Below are positions 13,001 to 26,468 of a DNA stretch of 64,000 nt, in pieces. Below the pieces are notes generated by a model. That model worked only from the letters and a program-made list of their open reading frames with translations. It was not told the DNA's origin and searched no databases. The position numbers were made by a program, and so were the translations under genes. Source of the stretch: Lytechinus pictus (lineage: Eukaryota); the NCBI RefSeq assembly GCF_037042905.1, contig NC_087251.1, positions 6,760,001 to 6,824,000 on the forward strand, in the 5' to 3' direction. How positions within the stretch are numbered: the stretch's first letter is position 1; the number at the start of each line of letters is the position of its first letter.

Positions 13001-15652
13001 TTCATAAATTAAATGCTAGCCATTAGGACTAGCCATTGCTTAAAAAATACCCAAAGAAAAAGAGATACAACTTGAATTTCAGATTCTGTAATGGTTTTTC
13101 AGAGGCAAGAGGGAAATCATTTTAATTTCATGAGAGACCGGAGGCCTGCACTCTGCTATTTAAACAGTCACATTGATCAATATTTGATATAGAGGTACTA
13201 CAGGGAATGTAAAGATTGGACTGTTGTGTCATGTGAAGTGGGTGTTCTTGACTTTAAAGCTACAATTTCCCTCTCAGTTTTTTTATTTCATGTTTCATTT
13301 ATGTCCAAATCATCAACAATTCATGTTATCCTTCCTTTTCTAAATATGTTTATTGAACTTCTTGAAAGTTATATTTTCATTTAAGACCCATTATTTCTTC
13401 TTGTTCTTGAGTATATTTGAGGCTGCACCCAGTTTGATTTTGGTATTTCACCCTTCCTATTCAAAATAAATTTTGTCCTTTTTTATGCTGTTGGTTTGAT
13501 TGCATAAAAGAGCTTGTTCATAAGAGAACAAGCAATTTAAACTGTATGTTTATTTTTATTTCATGTGACAGACTGACAAATAGAATTGTACCTTTTAGTT
13601 GGTAAAAAGGAAACTTCCATCCCTAGATGGCATAATGCCAAGAAAAACCTTGAAATATTTTATTTCTAATTTTGAAAGATGCAATATACATGCTGCTCTG
13701 GTTTCATATTCACCTTGATTTCAAAATCACACACAGTGTTAAAAGGTGTGTTTAATGCCTGCCCTCAACTCTTCCAATTTTCATTTACATATCTGAAATA
13801 TATTGATGTGGCTTCGATCCCTGCTTCCAAACTAAATTCATTCATTGAGAGTTGGAATAAATCAACAATATACCCAAAGGAAAATAAGATAAAACATAAT
13901 CAATATTGTTAATGGTATAGGTAAGAAACACCCCCCTGAAAAAAAAAAGAATGATATTTGGTTGGTAGACATCGATCACATTGTGTTATTTAAGTGTAAT
14001 ATGACACCTTGGATTGTTTAAAATGCTTTTGATAATGCTCATCAACAAATTTCTGTTTCTCTCAACAGTGCCTTAAAACATTTTTTTTTGAGGGGGAAGT
14101 GGTAAGCCATAGAAATTTTGACCAAAATAAATATATTATGTTAAGTGAATCTTCAGTGTTTATTCAGCCTCATAATTCTCATCATATCTGGTGGTAGATT
14201 CATGATTGAATCCAGTAACTACTACTACAAATTACTCTGACTATTTCAAAAGAATTTGTAAACATTTTGCCAAAAGGTATTGGCAGCTTAACTTCATTGA
14301 AATCAAGAACAAATCATGTTTATACATTCAAGGTTGAATAAATCAGATTTCATCAAGTCTTGGATAGAGAAATTTCCCAGACAAAATTGACAATACAAGG
14401 GGATTTTCTATTAGTTGCAGATTTTCAAATTTGGCCCAGATCCAAGCTGTCATGTGGGTACCTGTATATATATGACTATTGTAATTTGATTCTTGCCATC
14501 GAGAAGTCTGCAGTCTGAGATTGAATAACTTGTTTTTAGATCAGAACTAAATACATTAGTGAACATTTTCTTTTCACATAATAATAACAAGTTTTAAAAA
14601 GTCGGATGGCAGTGTGACAGAAATATTCATCTTATTTAATCCATGTGCTTTGAAGAATGCATTAAAGAAGTAATTAAATACACATTTATCTCAAATTTGA
14701 GTGTTTTTTGTGGGTTTTTTTACTTAGACTGTAAATGGGAAAACATCTCTGTCTGTGCATGCTTATTAATATATTTGTTATGATAGTCGTATGAAAATTT
14801 AAACAAAAAATCTTGATTTTCACAGTTGCTATGGATATTTCATTGTTTTAAAAGTGAAGGATGTAGAGGAGATATTGATATGTTTACATGTACATTTATA
14901 GAGAATCCTATTTTAACCACGATAACTCTATGGGAATGAGATTGGATCTCCAAGTAATCTTTTACAGTGGATAGGTAAAATTATGAAGTATAAAAATGAG
15001 ATTTCTCATTTAGGCTTTACAATCAATGCATTTAATATTTTTTTGATTACATCAAAGTAGATAATTGATAAGAGCTTATAAACCATCCATTAAAAACAGA
15101 AAAATAGTTTGAAAATCAACAATATTACAAAAATGTGTATTTGTTTCCACATTTTGCATTTTTATAGATTGAAACATTTATCATTTTAATAAAAACAAAG
15201 ATGTGAGTTAAATTTTTATATTTTGAATTCTTTTTGTTTTACTCCTTATTTTATGGACTTTGATAAGTCATTTTATGGTTCATTGCAAGGCTTACATAAT
15301 TGTTATTTGGAATGCACCATCATTTTTAAAATATTATTTGATAGCAACAAATGCTTCTGATGAAAAGTATTCAGGAATGTTTTAAAAATACCTACTTTAT
15401 CTAATTTATTAATCCCAATATAAGTCTACCATTATGATTTCTAATAATCAGTTTTAAAATTGAATACAAAACACATAGGATGTCTAATGCTCTTGAGTAT
15501 GAAAATCCGCCTGCTGCGACATAATCAAAATGTTTGTGCTCCTTAATTTCACCAATAATCCAGAACTTGACGATTTAAATTTCAATTTGTGTTTCATTCA
15601 AAACCTCCCTTATTTTATATGTGTCAACATCGCCTCAATAAGCTAAACTTAA

Positions 15653-16254
15653 AGGACAAGTCCACCCCAACAAAAACTTGATTTGAATAAAAAGAGAAAA
15701 ATTCAACAAGTATAACACTGAAAATTTCATCAAAATCGGATGTAAAATAAGAAAGTTATGGCATATTAAAGTTTCGCTTCATTTCACAAAAGAGTTATAT
15801 TCACAGCTCGGTCGGTACGCAAATGAGGAACTGATGACATCACTCACTCACTATTTCTTTTGTATTTTATTATATGAAATATGAAATATTTCTATTTTCT
15901 CGTCATTGTCATGTGAAATGAAGTTTCATTCCTCCCTGAACACATGGAATGCCATTATTTTAACATTTTGTGCTTCAGGCAAGGAGGTCCTAATCATCAC
16001 ATTCGTAAAAATTGAAATATTGTATAATTCAAACAATAAAAAACAAAAGAAATAGTGAGTGAGTGACATCATCGACTCTCTCATCTGGATGCAACTGGCT
16101 CGTTCATATAACTATTTTGTTAGAAATAAGCGAAATTTTCAAATGTCATAAATTTCTTATTTTACATCCGATTTTGATGAAATTTTCAGCATTGTGCTTG
16201 TCTGATTTTTCTCTATTGATTCAAATCAACATTTTTCTGAGGTGGACTTGACCT
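15653..16254. mobile_element. TTAA-targeting MITE, Kolobok-like (602 bp)
   Basis: TTAA TSD (15649-15652 and 16255-16258). Termini AGGACAAGTCCACC / GGTGGACTTGACCT with ~200-bp imperfect inverted arms. A 5'-RR terminus with TTAA target fits Kolobok better than piggyBac (CCC ends). Confidence 0.9.
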
Positions 16255-18807
16255 TTAATAATCCCTCTGTCTCTCTTGATGTTAATATGTTTGATACCTC
16301 ATAAATGAAGCAGATGAAGGTCTTTAAACTGTAAACCCGAACAGTGCATTTTTAAATCACTGAGATAAGCATTCTTATTCATGTGATAGTTTGAAATATG
16401 TTTTTAATCCCATTTAAAGAACAATAATGAAGTGCTCAGCCATGTTTGGTACTTAAATTTGGTAATGGGTCAAATGATAGCCAATTAGGTTAATTAAAGA
16501 AGACAATGTAATAGAAGCTTTCCCAATCGTAAATTGGTGTAACCTACACCTATATAGTAATATAAAGTGGTTCCTTTTAATATCGCAGATTGATATACCA
16601 GGCAAGCTTACATTATATCTTTTAAACAATTAACAATTAATTGAGTACCTATACAATCAAAATAATAAGGCCAAACACTATAGGGTATTGCATTGTTCTA
16701 ATAAAAACTTATTTAAAAATTTACTAATTGTATAAATGTCTACAAACATTTCCATGGTACACATATAAACTTGTGTTCTATTTGAAATGAACATTGAATT
16801 GAAAATATATTCCTCATAAGTTGTTGAAACTTTAGTTTAATAATTTATTGAAATTGGGTATGTTGATTTAGTATATCTTGTATCACTGTATCAAGATATT
16901 GACACACTTTGTCTGAAGAGTTGGGGTTAGAGTTGATTGATATCAATCAATCATTCACTAGAAATGAATTCATTAAATTATTATTTTTCCCCTTTTATCT
17001 CATCCATCCATTGTTTGCATAAATAATGCATATATCTTTTTCACACCATTGTTCTGCATGATGATACATTAGAATCAGGAGTGAGTACAATATAGAAATC
17101 CCTCCCACATCGCCTTCATATGTTAACACCCTAGATATATGTATTGGCCATATATTGATTGTGCATGACTTCAATCTCTTTAAATGTTATGCTCATGTGT
17201 TTGCCATGTGAATATGATATGTTTACTGTCAATGAGTCATGGCCCAGGGACTTTGCATGTTTGGTATTGTGCAATGAAAAGGGATTTTTTTTTCTTTGCA
17301 TTACTTTCTCATGTCTAATTTTGGGTAGACTTATTTTGTAATAATTATGACTAGAGTTGTCATCAACCTTGATATCACTATTATGAAAATACATATATTT
17401 CACCTTCAGTAAATGTATATTATTATTATTATTAAGCTATTTCAAACCAATTTTCTCCCAGATAATGTCACCTGCCTGTGTTTGAAATTCATGATCTTGC
17501 ATCAATTGTGGTAATTTTCATTATAGCTGTCAAAGTACACTTGTTGAATATGAACTGCCTACTCTCCCACTACAATAACTTCCATGAATTGTTCTGTTTT
17601 ATGAGGAAATCACAGAATATTGTTTATTCCACTGAAAATTCCATGGAAATGACACATTTTATTTATTTACTTTTATAATTATCTTTTGTTTGTTTTATTG
17701 AAGAGGCTCTCTTTTCTGTAAATGAGGGGGGGGGGGGATGGGGAAGGCAAAATAACAAAAAATAGAATGAATTTGATCAATGTTCTTTAGTACAACATAT
17801 GATAATAATTTTGAAAATATTTGTCTTTGTGATATAAATGATTCGATCAACTTCCAATGTCAGCTGCTAATTATACAAGGTGCTAAAAGGATCTGATATT
17901 ATTCCCAAGTATGATTTCTTTGCAAAAGCCTCAGACAGCATGATTCCTTTATCATCATCCACTTCCATGTAGGTCTCTTTGTAGTGCAGTATATTTTGGT
18001 GATTGATTACATATCTGTCACTTAAGTCTTTTTTTTACAAGTCCAACCACATGATTAATTGCATTCTTTGTATCTTAGTTGATGTGTTGAAGTCACTGTC
18101 GGACAATCCATCATTTCAACTGATTCATATCACTTGGTACTTACTGTGGTCAAGATGAATCATGGATATGACATGGGGAATAAAGAAATATATACATGTA
18201 TATAAAGAGTTACCTCTGGTGTTTGGAAGATAAAATATGATTTGTTTTAGACTTACTGCTTTAGGTGAAGTATTGAGGGATCTATTACCTTTTCCCCTCT
18301 CATTGTGATTGTTAATCATTTTTACACCTAGACAATTTTTATTAAAGGATTCCATATATGTGTACATGTATGACCTGTATGTTTTTTCGGACTTGAACTA
18401 TATTGAAGTTCATTTAATAATGATGAAGGTATATTTTATTTCTCTTAAAATGAATTAATTCAAGCCCTATAAATTGTTTTATTGTTCAGGGAGAAATGGG
18501 TTAAAGTGGAAGGTATAGCTTTAGACATACTCATTCATGCATGAATTGATGGTAAAAAAAGATCATATAGAAATTGGTCAATTAGTGTAGGAACAGTCCT
18601 AAATTATTTTGCTAATACCACTTTTATAACAAAGTTATGGCAATTTGGAATAGGGGAGGAGATACTCTTTTTGTGTGTTTTAGTTTGTGCGCTAATCCCC
18701 CTTTTTAAACCAGGCTTATGCAGAATATCATTGGAAGTGGTAATATTTTTCTTGCTCTTTGAGTTGACAGTCAATCAATAAGACTGAACCTGTGTGTGGT
18801 ATTTCAA

Positions 18808-18850
18808 TGACCTCATCAGAGGTCAGACATAGATGAAAGGTCAGAGGTCA
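18808..18850. promoter_or_regulatory. Cluster of nuclear-receptor half-sites (ER6 + DR1)
   Basis: TGACCT-catcag-AGGTCA (18808-18825) and AGGTCA-g-AGGTCA (18838-18850). Motif match only; function untested. Confidence 0.4.
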
Positions 18851-21800
18851 TTATCAATAAACACATAAATCCAGATTGACCCCCTCCCCCTATACCCCTT
18901 GAGGTTGGATGCTAATGGTCCATGTAATTATTTGAGTTTCAGTGATGGTGTTATCATCTTCCTCCATGCTTCGTTACTTTCTGGATCCTGACTAATGGTG
19001 TTTGGCTACTTTGACTACCTGCTCATTTTCTCCCTCTATTTATGTCTTTGACTTGGAAATGGGGGCAAAGGAAAGCCCAAACAAAAGATGACTCATCCTA
19101 ACTTATCTATATCAGGGTGGTCCAGTGGTTTATAAGTCAGATGATAAAGATGTATTACCTTGTTATTGTGGGGAATCTGTATGCTTCTCTGAGTATGCCT
19201 CAATTTGCAACTGCTTGAGACATTCCAATATACCAGTATACTCCCCTTTTCTTTGTATCATATGGTTTTCACCTTTATGGTTATAGTTTGAAGGATAGTG
19301 GCTACCCAATAATCTCCAGTTCCACTAACCCACTTTCTTTTTTCCAACAGTTTTTACCCTTTTGTTTGTCTTTCTTTCCATTTCTGTCCCTATACATCCC
19401 CTCTTTCTTTATTTTTTCTCCACCTTTCTCTCTCTCTCTTTCGTATAATATACTCTCTCTCTCTCTCTCTATTTCTCTATCACACTATTTCTTTGTCTTT
19501 CTAATTCTATCCCTGCCTTACCCCTATCTCATCTCAGCTTTGTCTTTATATTCATGTATCCATATACTATAGCCTATAGCTTTATATATAGCTATACTCA
19601 CTGTACTGGTTACCATTGCCCTGTTACGGTGTAGACAAAGAAGGAAGAACGATTCTTAGAAAAACTTTTTAGTTTTAATGTATTTCTTACTTCTCATATC
19701 TTTTCTCCACATATTATGTAGGCCTATATACTTGTAGGTCTATGTATCATGAATATTCAGAGAATTAGATAAAGAGGAACACTTGAGAGCAAATATTACA
19801 TCATACACTGATAGAAACCCCAAACCAACCTAACCAGCATCGAATCCCACCCATGTTATTGTTTGACTCATCACAAGTAGGATTATTAAACCACATAAGA
19901 GCACAGAAGCTGTTAATTCTTGACCACTTTTATCCTCTAATTATCTCTGCTGTAATCCCCTTCCTATTCGATTTCTTAAGAAGGAGATGCGTTTTTTTTA
20001 AATGATAAGAAATAATACAGTTTCTTCTTAAAACACACTGTCTACTAGAATGGCTAATTTCACCAAATAATTCTGGATTACTGGTGCATCCGCCCACTAT
20101 TGTTGAAAAACACCCCTTTTGAATGTAATTGTATTCTGAGGAAAACCCCAAACATACATGAGGTCACCCATGAAAAGATGAAGTAAGCAGACAACTATTT
20201 ACATGGATGTATGATACATAACCACAATCTACTGACAGTATTTACCACCAATCCTCAAAATGATGGATTCAAAAACAATTTGTCCAAATTTGGTCATTTT
20301 ATTATCTGTCAATTCAGAGCGTTCTAGTTTTATGACTTCACAGAAATCTGTTACTTTTTTCGGATGGCATTGTTCTCTATTGTCTTGCTTTGTAAATTAT
20401 ACAACTGTAATGTTTAAAACTATTATATATCGTGAAAATTACTGATATTTTTAGAAATTCATTAAATCCTTTCTCCTTGATGAAATACATGGACAATGAT
20501 AATAATGTTGTTGCTTATTAATCTGCATTTGTTTCTTCATTTCTTTATTTTAGAGTGCAGATTGTGTGTGATGGAGATGGGGGGGGGGGGGGTGGGCAAA
20601 GATTTTAATGAATGGACATTCCTGGTTTATATCTATTTCCTCAATATTTGATTTGTTTACCAACTTGTGTTACAGTAACTGCTGAATGATTCCATCACTT
20701 TCTTTGAAATCGCATAAAAGATTCATAATTTCTATGGACTGAAGGTTTATCATGACACACACAAAAACAAACAATGGCTTTCAAAACACAGTTATATGAA
20801 TTCATTTTAATTATGATTCCGATCACTAGCTGATTACAAAGTTTTTGATGGCCCACCAACCTCAGTTTTTCTGTAGTATACACATTACCAGAAACCATCA
20901 GTCATCCATAACCTTGTGTTCTGCACAGCAGACTTTTCATTATTTCCAGCCCCCAAACTGTTTCCATCTGCCAATAAAGATTGAATCATCATCGTCTATT
21001 CAGAGCTAATCCATACAAACCACTGGGCCACCACAAGAGGCTTTTGTGGTATACCATCTTACTACAAGGTGCTTCAGATTACACCTTTGTTAATATTATT
21101 CCTTTATCAATGAAGCTTTCCAAAACCAGTGGCTTCAGCTTCTATAAGATGTGTCATTTTATTCCCTTTTTTACCAGAAATTATTATGACTATGTACTCT
21201 GCAAAGAGAAGAAGAAGGGGAAACAGAACCATTGCTATTATCCCAATGTTGTGGAATTCACCCAATATTTGAAAAAGATACATAGGATCAGACAATTGAC
21301 TATAATGATTATTTTCAACATTGTTTATTTACCTGAGAACAGTTATCAGATTCTTTAATTTCAGAGACAATTTAGCCAAAGATTGATATCAGATATCTCT
21401 GCTTGCATTATGCAGCTTTAATTTAACCCATGTGTTTAAACTAAAAATACAGATATAATTTGACTCTTACAGACTCCTAGGTGTGTATTATATACTAGTA
21501 TACAGAAATGATTTTAAAAGTTGTTTCTTTGATATACCAAATAATAACAGATAAAGTTATATTTTCTCATAGGTCTATTACTAGATGTAAGATTACAACA
21601 CATGAGATGTAGGTATTTCTTTTACACTCTTTGTTTGCCGAAAGTATTTTGGAAAAAAACACTCTTGATCAAAGTTTAGTCAGAAATTGAATTAGTATTC
21701 CCTTGTGCTTTCCTTTTCAATGAAAAGAAAGAAAGAGTGACTTGTGTTTCCGTCTTGTCCTTTTAGAAACCTTACAACTTGAGCCGCTGCTTTTGATATG

Positions 21801-24093
21801 TCAATTATCTCAAATTTGTGGTCTATTTCATCAATTTGTAATGCATAATTCCTATTCACACAATTCTCATTATGATAGGTACTTGTATTGTAAGGATATT
21901 TCCATTTATCAGTGTATTGTGACTGTTTTTGCATTTTATGCATCACTTGAAATGTAGTACAAAATTAATGTTGTATACCTCCCAGTCCATGTGGGCCAGA
22001 AAATGTTATAATATAAAAGAATGAAACTTCCTGAACTTAGTAGGGTGGAATTATTTGCAGATCTAATATAAAGTGAGTAATTATTACAGGATATGTTGAT
22101 ATATGGAATTGTGAAACAGTAATTGGAATATAAATAGAAGATTAGAAAGGGGATAATATATGAATTTCTTTCCTGGTAATTAGCCCCCACATGTTGCTGA
22201 AACTGCTCAACCTTGTAACCACCATTTGATATCCTTTATAAAAACAGAGAGGGTCAGTACACCATTTTGATGTGGTGTGCCATGCAAATATCCCTTTGTT
22301 GGTTTAAAATTAACCATAGAATTCAGTGAAAATTGTCCCATTCTGGAAATTATGCAATTAGAATTGTATGAATTAAATTGTGTGGCTTCTTTGTCGGTAT
22401 AAATCAGAGGCAACTCTTATTCTTGACTTGTGTTGATGTTATTTGACCAGATCCGGTTCTTTTATTTTTTTTTCATTCACGCTATTCAATGAAATGGAAA
22501 TTAACTATAATTTGTTTACATGTTGGGAATTGTGCCTCATAACCTTGAATTTGATATGGATATTGAATTTATAATCAATAATATGACCATGACTGTCTGT
22601 GTGAGATTTTGTACTAGGGGGTGTGAGGAGAGAAGATTGGGGATGGAAAGATTATAGAGATATTCAACAGTAAGAAGATGGTTAAAAGTTAGCTGTGTTG
22701 AACATGTGGGGGCACTCACCCTGTTACCACATAGTCTTACAAAGCCACTTATGGAAGAACCCCCTCCCACACACACACACACACACCTGAAAAAATAATT
22801 TAGAGATATAAACAGGTACAGGTATGAATGCAAGCCTGGTAGCAAAAGATATGTTGGAGTAATCTCTAATTTTCTGCAAAACAACAAAATTTATGTCATT
22901 GATATTCCTAATATTCAGTGTTGAAGCTTTTCCTTTATTTTTATTTTTTGACCATTGATGTATATTTTTATATCCTTTTTTATGTGTGTCATCTTACTGC
23001 TACATCTATCTTAATTTTCCCCTATATCCTTTTGTTATGGTTCTCTTCCCGTTTCCATTTTTTCTTCAAATCTTTACAGAAAGAAAATATCAGATGTCTG
23101 TTTATATTCTAACTTTATATCTAATGTTTTTCATGTAGTCTTCCCCCCCCCCTCTCTCTCTCTCTTTCTCTCTTTCTGTGTATCTCTGTCTGTCTCACTC
23201 TCTTCCTCTTTCATCTCCCCCTATATGTCGTTCTGTGTTTGACTCCTCTCTCCCTTTACCTCCTCAGTTTATCTGTCTCTCTCAGTCCTCCCTCTCTCCT
23301 CAGACCCATTCAAATCTTCAGTGAAAGTTGATGCCTTAAAGGTAACTCGACCCAGAATCATATTTTTAGCTCAGTTAGAGAGTATGAAATGACCAACAAT
23401 AATATTGACAGTTGTGCTTTCAGCTCTTAATCACTATGCAACAACATTACACCAGGGACATGACCCTATCTGAACCCCGATACACCCAAACACAGCTGTA
23501 TGGGAGGCTGTACAGTAAATCTTTCCATGTGCCCCCCGCCCCCCCCCCCCTCTTTCATTATCATCATCATCCATTCTTGACCCCCTTTTACTCCTTGAAG
23601 TTTAAGGGGAGATTTTTCTATTTTTCTTTTTTTTTACCAGGAGGAGGTATTTCAATTTTTTTATTCAAATCGAAGTTTTAGTTTAATATAGGCATACATT
23701 TTTACCATCAATATTATTACATGGTAACTTAGAAACCAAATTTCATCATAATATAGTTTAATTGTTAATGATATTTTTTAACATAATATTTTCAAAGTGA
23801 TTTCTTGATAATCTCATTTGTGCATTGTGGCTAAATTTTTACTATAAAGACTACCATTGCTAAAAATAAGATATCAAAATAACAAGTATGATTATCTGTG
23901 TGCAAATATTGCCTTCATTGCAGTAATACAAAGGAAAAAAATAATTTGTTCATGCATTTGAAAGCAAGAAATCTTGAGTGTGAATGTCATCTTTCAACAA
24001 TGCCTGGTGCATGATTCCATCGTTCAGCTATTTTAGCATTCCTACTTGTGATCGAATTTATATCTGCAACAAGTTGGACATGTATTCTACCAG

Positions 24094-25826
24094 GGGCGGT
24101 ATTCTGAAAACGTTCTTATCTTAATTTTGTTCTTATCTACGTCACGTTCTCAAATTGGTATTCTGAAAACGTTCTTATCTTTTTCTTATCTTTTGTTCTT
24201 ATCTTTTTCTTATCTTGCTTTCCATCGATGCTGAGCGCGTAAATTTATAATTCGCGCATATGATACAAAGGCGCGCTAAAAGATAAGAACAAAATAAAGA
24301 TAAGTGGTATTCTGAAAACGTTCTTATCTTTTATATTTCGTATCTTTTTACGATATTTATGATAATATTTAAGATAGCTAGAGGGTTATCACATCTTACG
24401 ATGTCCGCATTCTTTCTTGCTAAAAATCGATGGCCACTGGAAGTAACAAGTATTCCTCCCACCCTTTCTTTCATTCACCCTTTATTTTGCCCGTCTCTTT
24501 TTTCTATCCCTTTTTTCTTTCTTTCTTTTTTGTCTTTCTTTCTTTCTTTGTTTCTTTCTTTCTTTCTTCATTCTTCCTTTCGTTCTGTCTTTCTTTATTT
24601 CATTTATTTATTTTCTCTTTTTCTTTATTTTTTCTGTTTGTCTTTCTTCCTTTCTCTCATTCTTCATTTAAATCTTTTAACTTCTTCCTTAGTTTTTGCG
24701 TTATTTTATTTATTCTTTACTTTTCTTCCTTTTTTCTTTCCCCTTTTCTCTCTTTCTTTCTTTTCCTTTTCTCTCTTTCTTTCTTTTCCTTTCTCCCTTC
24801 ACTTTATTTTTTGCAATCTTTTTATTTCTTCATTCTTTTTCTTTCTTTCCTTCATTCTTATATCAATTTTTTTTTTATTTTACCCTCATTCTTATCTGTT
24901 TTCTTTCTCTTCTAATTTCTTTCATTTTATTTTTTGGTTCTTTTTATTCGCTCGTTCGTTTGCTCTTTCTTTCATTTTTTGTTATTTCTGCTTTATCACA
25001 CTAAATGTGTGCCTCATTTAGGCCTACTATCTTTTTTCTTTATTTATTTCTTTCTTTAGTCTATTTTTTCGCTCATTCTTATTTCGTTTGTTCTTTACTC
25101 TTTTTTATATTAAGTTTTAAAAATCTTTTTCTTTATTCTTCAAGTTTCTTTCCTTTTCCTTCTTTATTTTCCTTCAATTTTTTATTCCTCTTTTTATCAC
25201 TGATTATCATTCTATTCATTCCTCCTTCTTCTTTCTTGTATTCTTTCCTTTTTTATTTCTTTAGATTTTTAAATTTTCTTTTAAGTTTTTTTTTTTTGCT
25301 TGCTTTCTTTCGTTTACCTTTTCTTTCTTTCATTGTTTTCCGCTCTGTTCCTTTTATTTTTTTAATTTCTGCTTCATTCTGACCCTTCTCTGTCTTCTTA
25401 CTTACCTACCTACTTACTGTCTTTCTTCCTGTTTTATTATTTATTCGTAATTGCTTTCTTTACCTTTTTCTTTACTTTCTTTCTTTATTTTGTGCACGTG
25501 TCTCGAAATAATAATCAGTCGTTGTTGCGTATAAAATGCCTATTTCGCGCAATGCGCCAGAAAAAGTGTACGCGCAGTGCCCATGATATTCTCTTGACAT
25601 AAGGAACGCTTCTATTGGTTAAACTGCCAATATAAAGCGCATTTTGATTGGTAATATCTTAAAAATTGGCGTGTTGAAGATAAGAAGGAGGCAGTCCTTA
25701 CAGAGATAAGAACGCGTTAAGAAGATTTTCAGAATACCGATTTGCAATGATTTTAGCGTCTTCTTATCTCAATGAGATAAGAACAAAGATAAGAACAAAG
25801 ATAAGAACGTTTTCAGAATACCACCC
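24094..25826. mobile_element. Non-autonomous PIF/Harbinger-like element (1733 bp) with CWG target
   Basis: CAG TSD (24091-24093 and 25827-25829). TIRs GGGCGGTATTCTGAAAACGTTCTTATCTT / AAGATAAGAACGTTTTCAGAATACCACCC, with subterminal re-iterations of the TIR motif near 24157 and 24306. Confidence 0.9.
24455..25490 (+). repeat. ~1-kb T/C-rich low-complexity tract inside the element
   Basis: Degenerate (TTTC)n/(TTTA)n; source of the spurious F/L/S-rich ORFs. Confidence 0.9.
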
Positions 25827-25997
25827 CAGGAGTCCAAATAGAAAATGTTCCAATGACAGACAATATATGACAAACAGTATCTTTTAATATTTTGCTCAGA
25901 AGTGATCAATTTGAATTAAAAACAAATAATTCATTTCCCATTCAAAAATCACTTTGAATTATAATTGTCTTTTTTTTAATTAGTCTACACCCCATGT

Positions 25998-26108
25998 CAG
26001 AGGCGGCGGAACATCGGGCTCATACAATGAAAGTGGAGGGGCACCTATTGTTTGGCAGACAAAAGGTGCCCCTCCACTTTGTCCGAGCCTTATGTTCCGC
26101 TGCCTCTG
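25998..26108. mobile_element. hAT-type MITE (111 bp, hairpin)
   Basis: CAGAGGCGGCGGAACAT...ATGTTCCGCTGCCTCTG termini, perfect 8-bp TSD CCCCATGT (25990-25997 and 26109-26116), internal AAAGTGGAGGGGCACCT/AGGTGCCCCTCCACTTT stem. Confidence 0.92.
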
Positions 26109-26359
26109 CCCCATGTATTTTCAATGACCTGATGTTACCCTTATATATCTAACCTTCATTGATAATCATCTTGTGCTAATAATATTCAGCACATAGCCCT
26201 GTCTGGTAGGTCAAGATGCAAAGTTGACCAGACAACAGAAGGAAGGTGACCTGAAGTGACCCCCTTCAGATGGGGGAAGCTTTCAATAGGAAGGTTGCCT
26301 TCAGGGCTTCCAAGTACACACATCTTTGATTATTATTGCATTGACCTCATTCTCTGCCT

Positions 26360-26468
26360 CCTCCCCCCTCTCTTGTCTACCCTCTTCTCTTCCTCTCTCT
26401 CTCTCACTCTTCTCTCCATCTCTCTCTCTCTCTCTATTTCTGTCTCTCTCGCTCTCCTTTCTTTCTCA
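26360..26468 (+). repeat. (CT)n-rich microsatellite
   Basis: Seen directly; similar tracts at ~19425-19480, 23143-23300, 29807-29856, 42395-42575, 44362-44445 and 59333-59372. Confidence 0.85.

Noticed and set aside
20981..21358. 125-aa ORF
   Set aside because: Non-ATG start, AT-biased composition and no recognisable homology.
24359..25382. ORFs of 102-220 aa rich in F/L/S, resembling membrane proteins
   Set aside because: Translations of a T/C low-complexity tract inside a TIR element; open in several frames simply because stops are rare.
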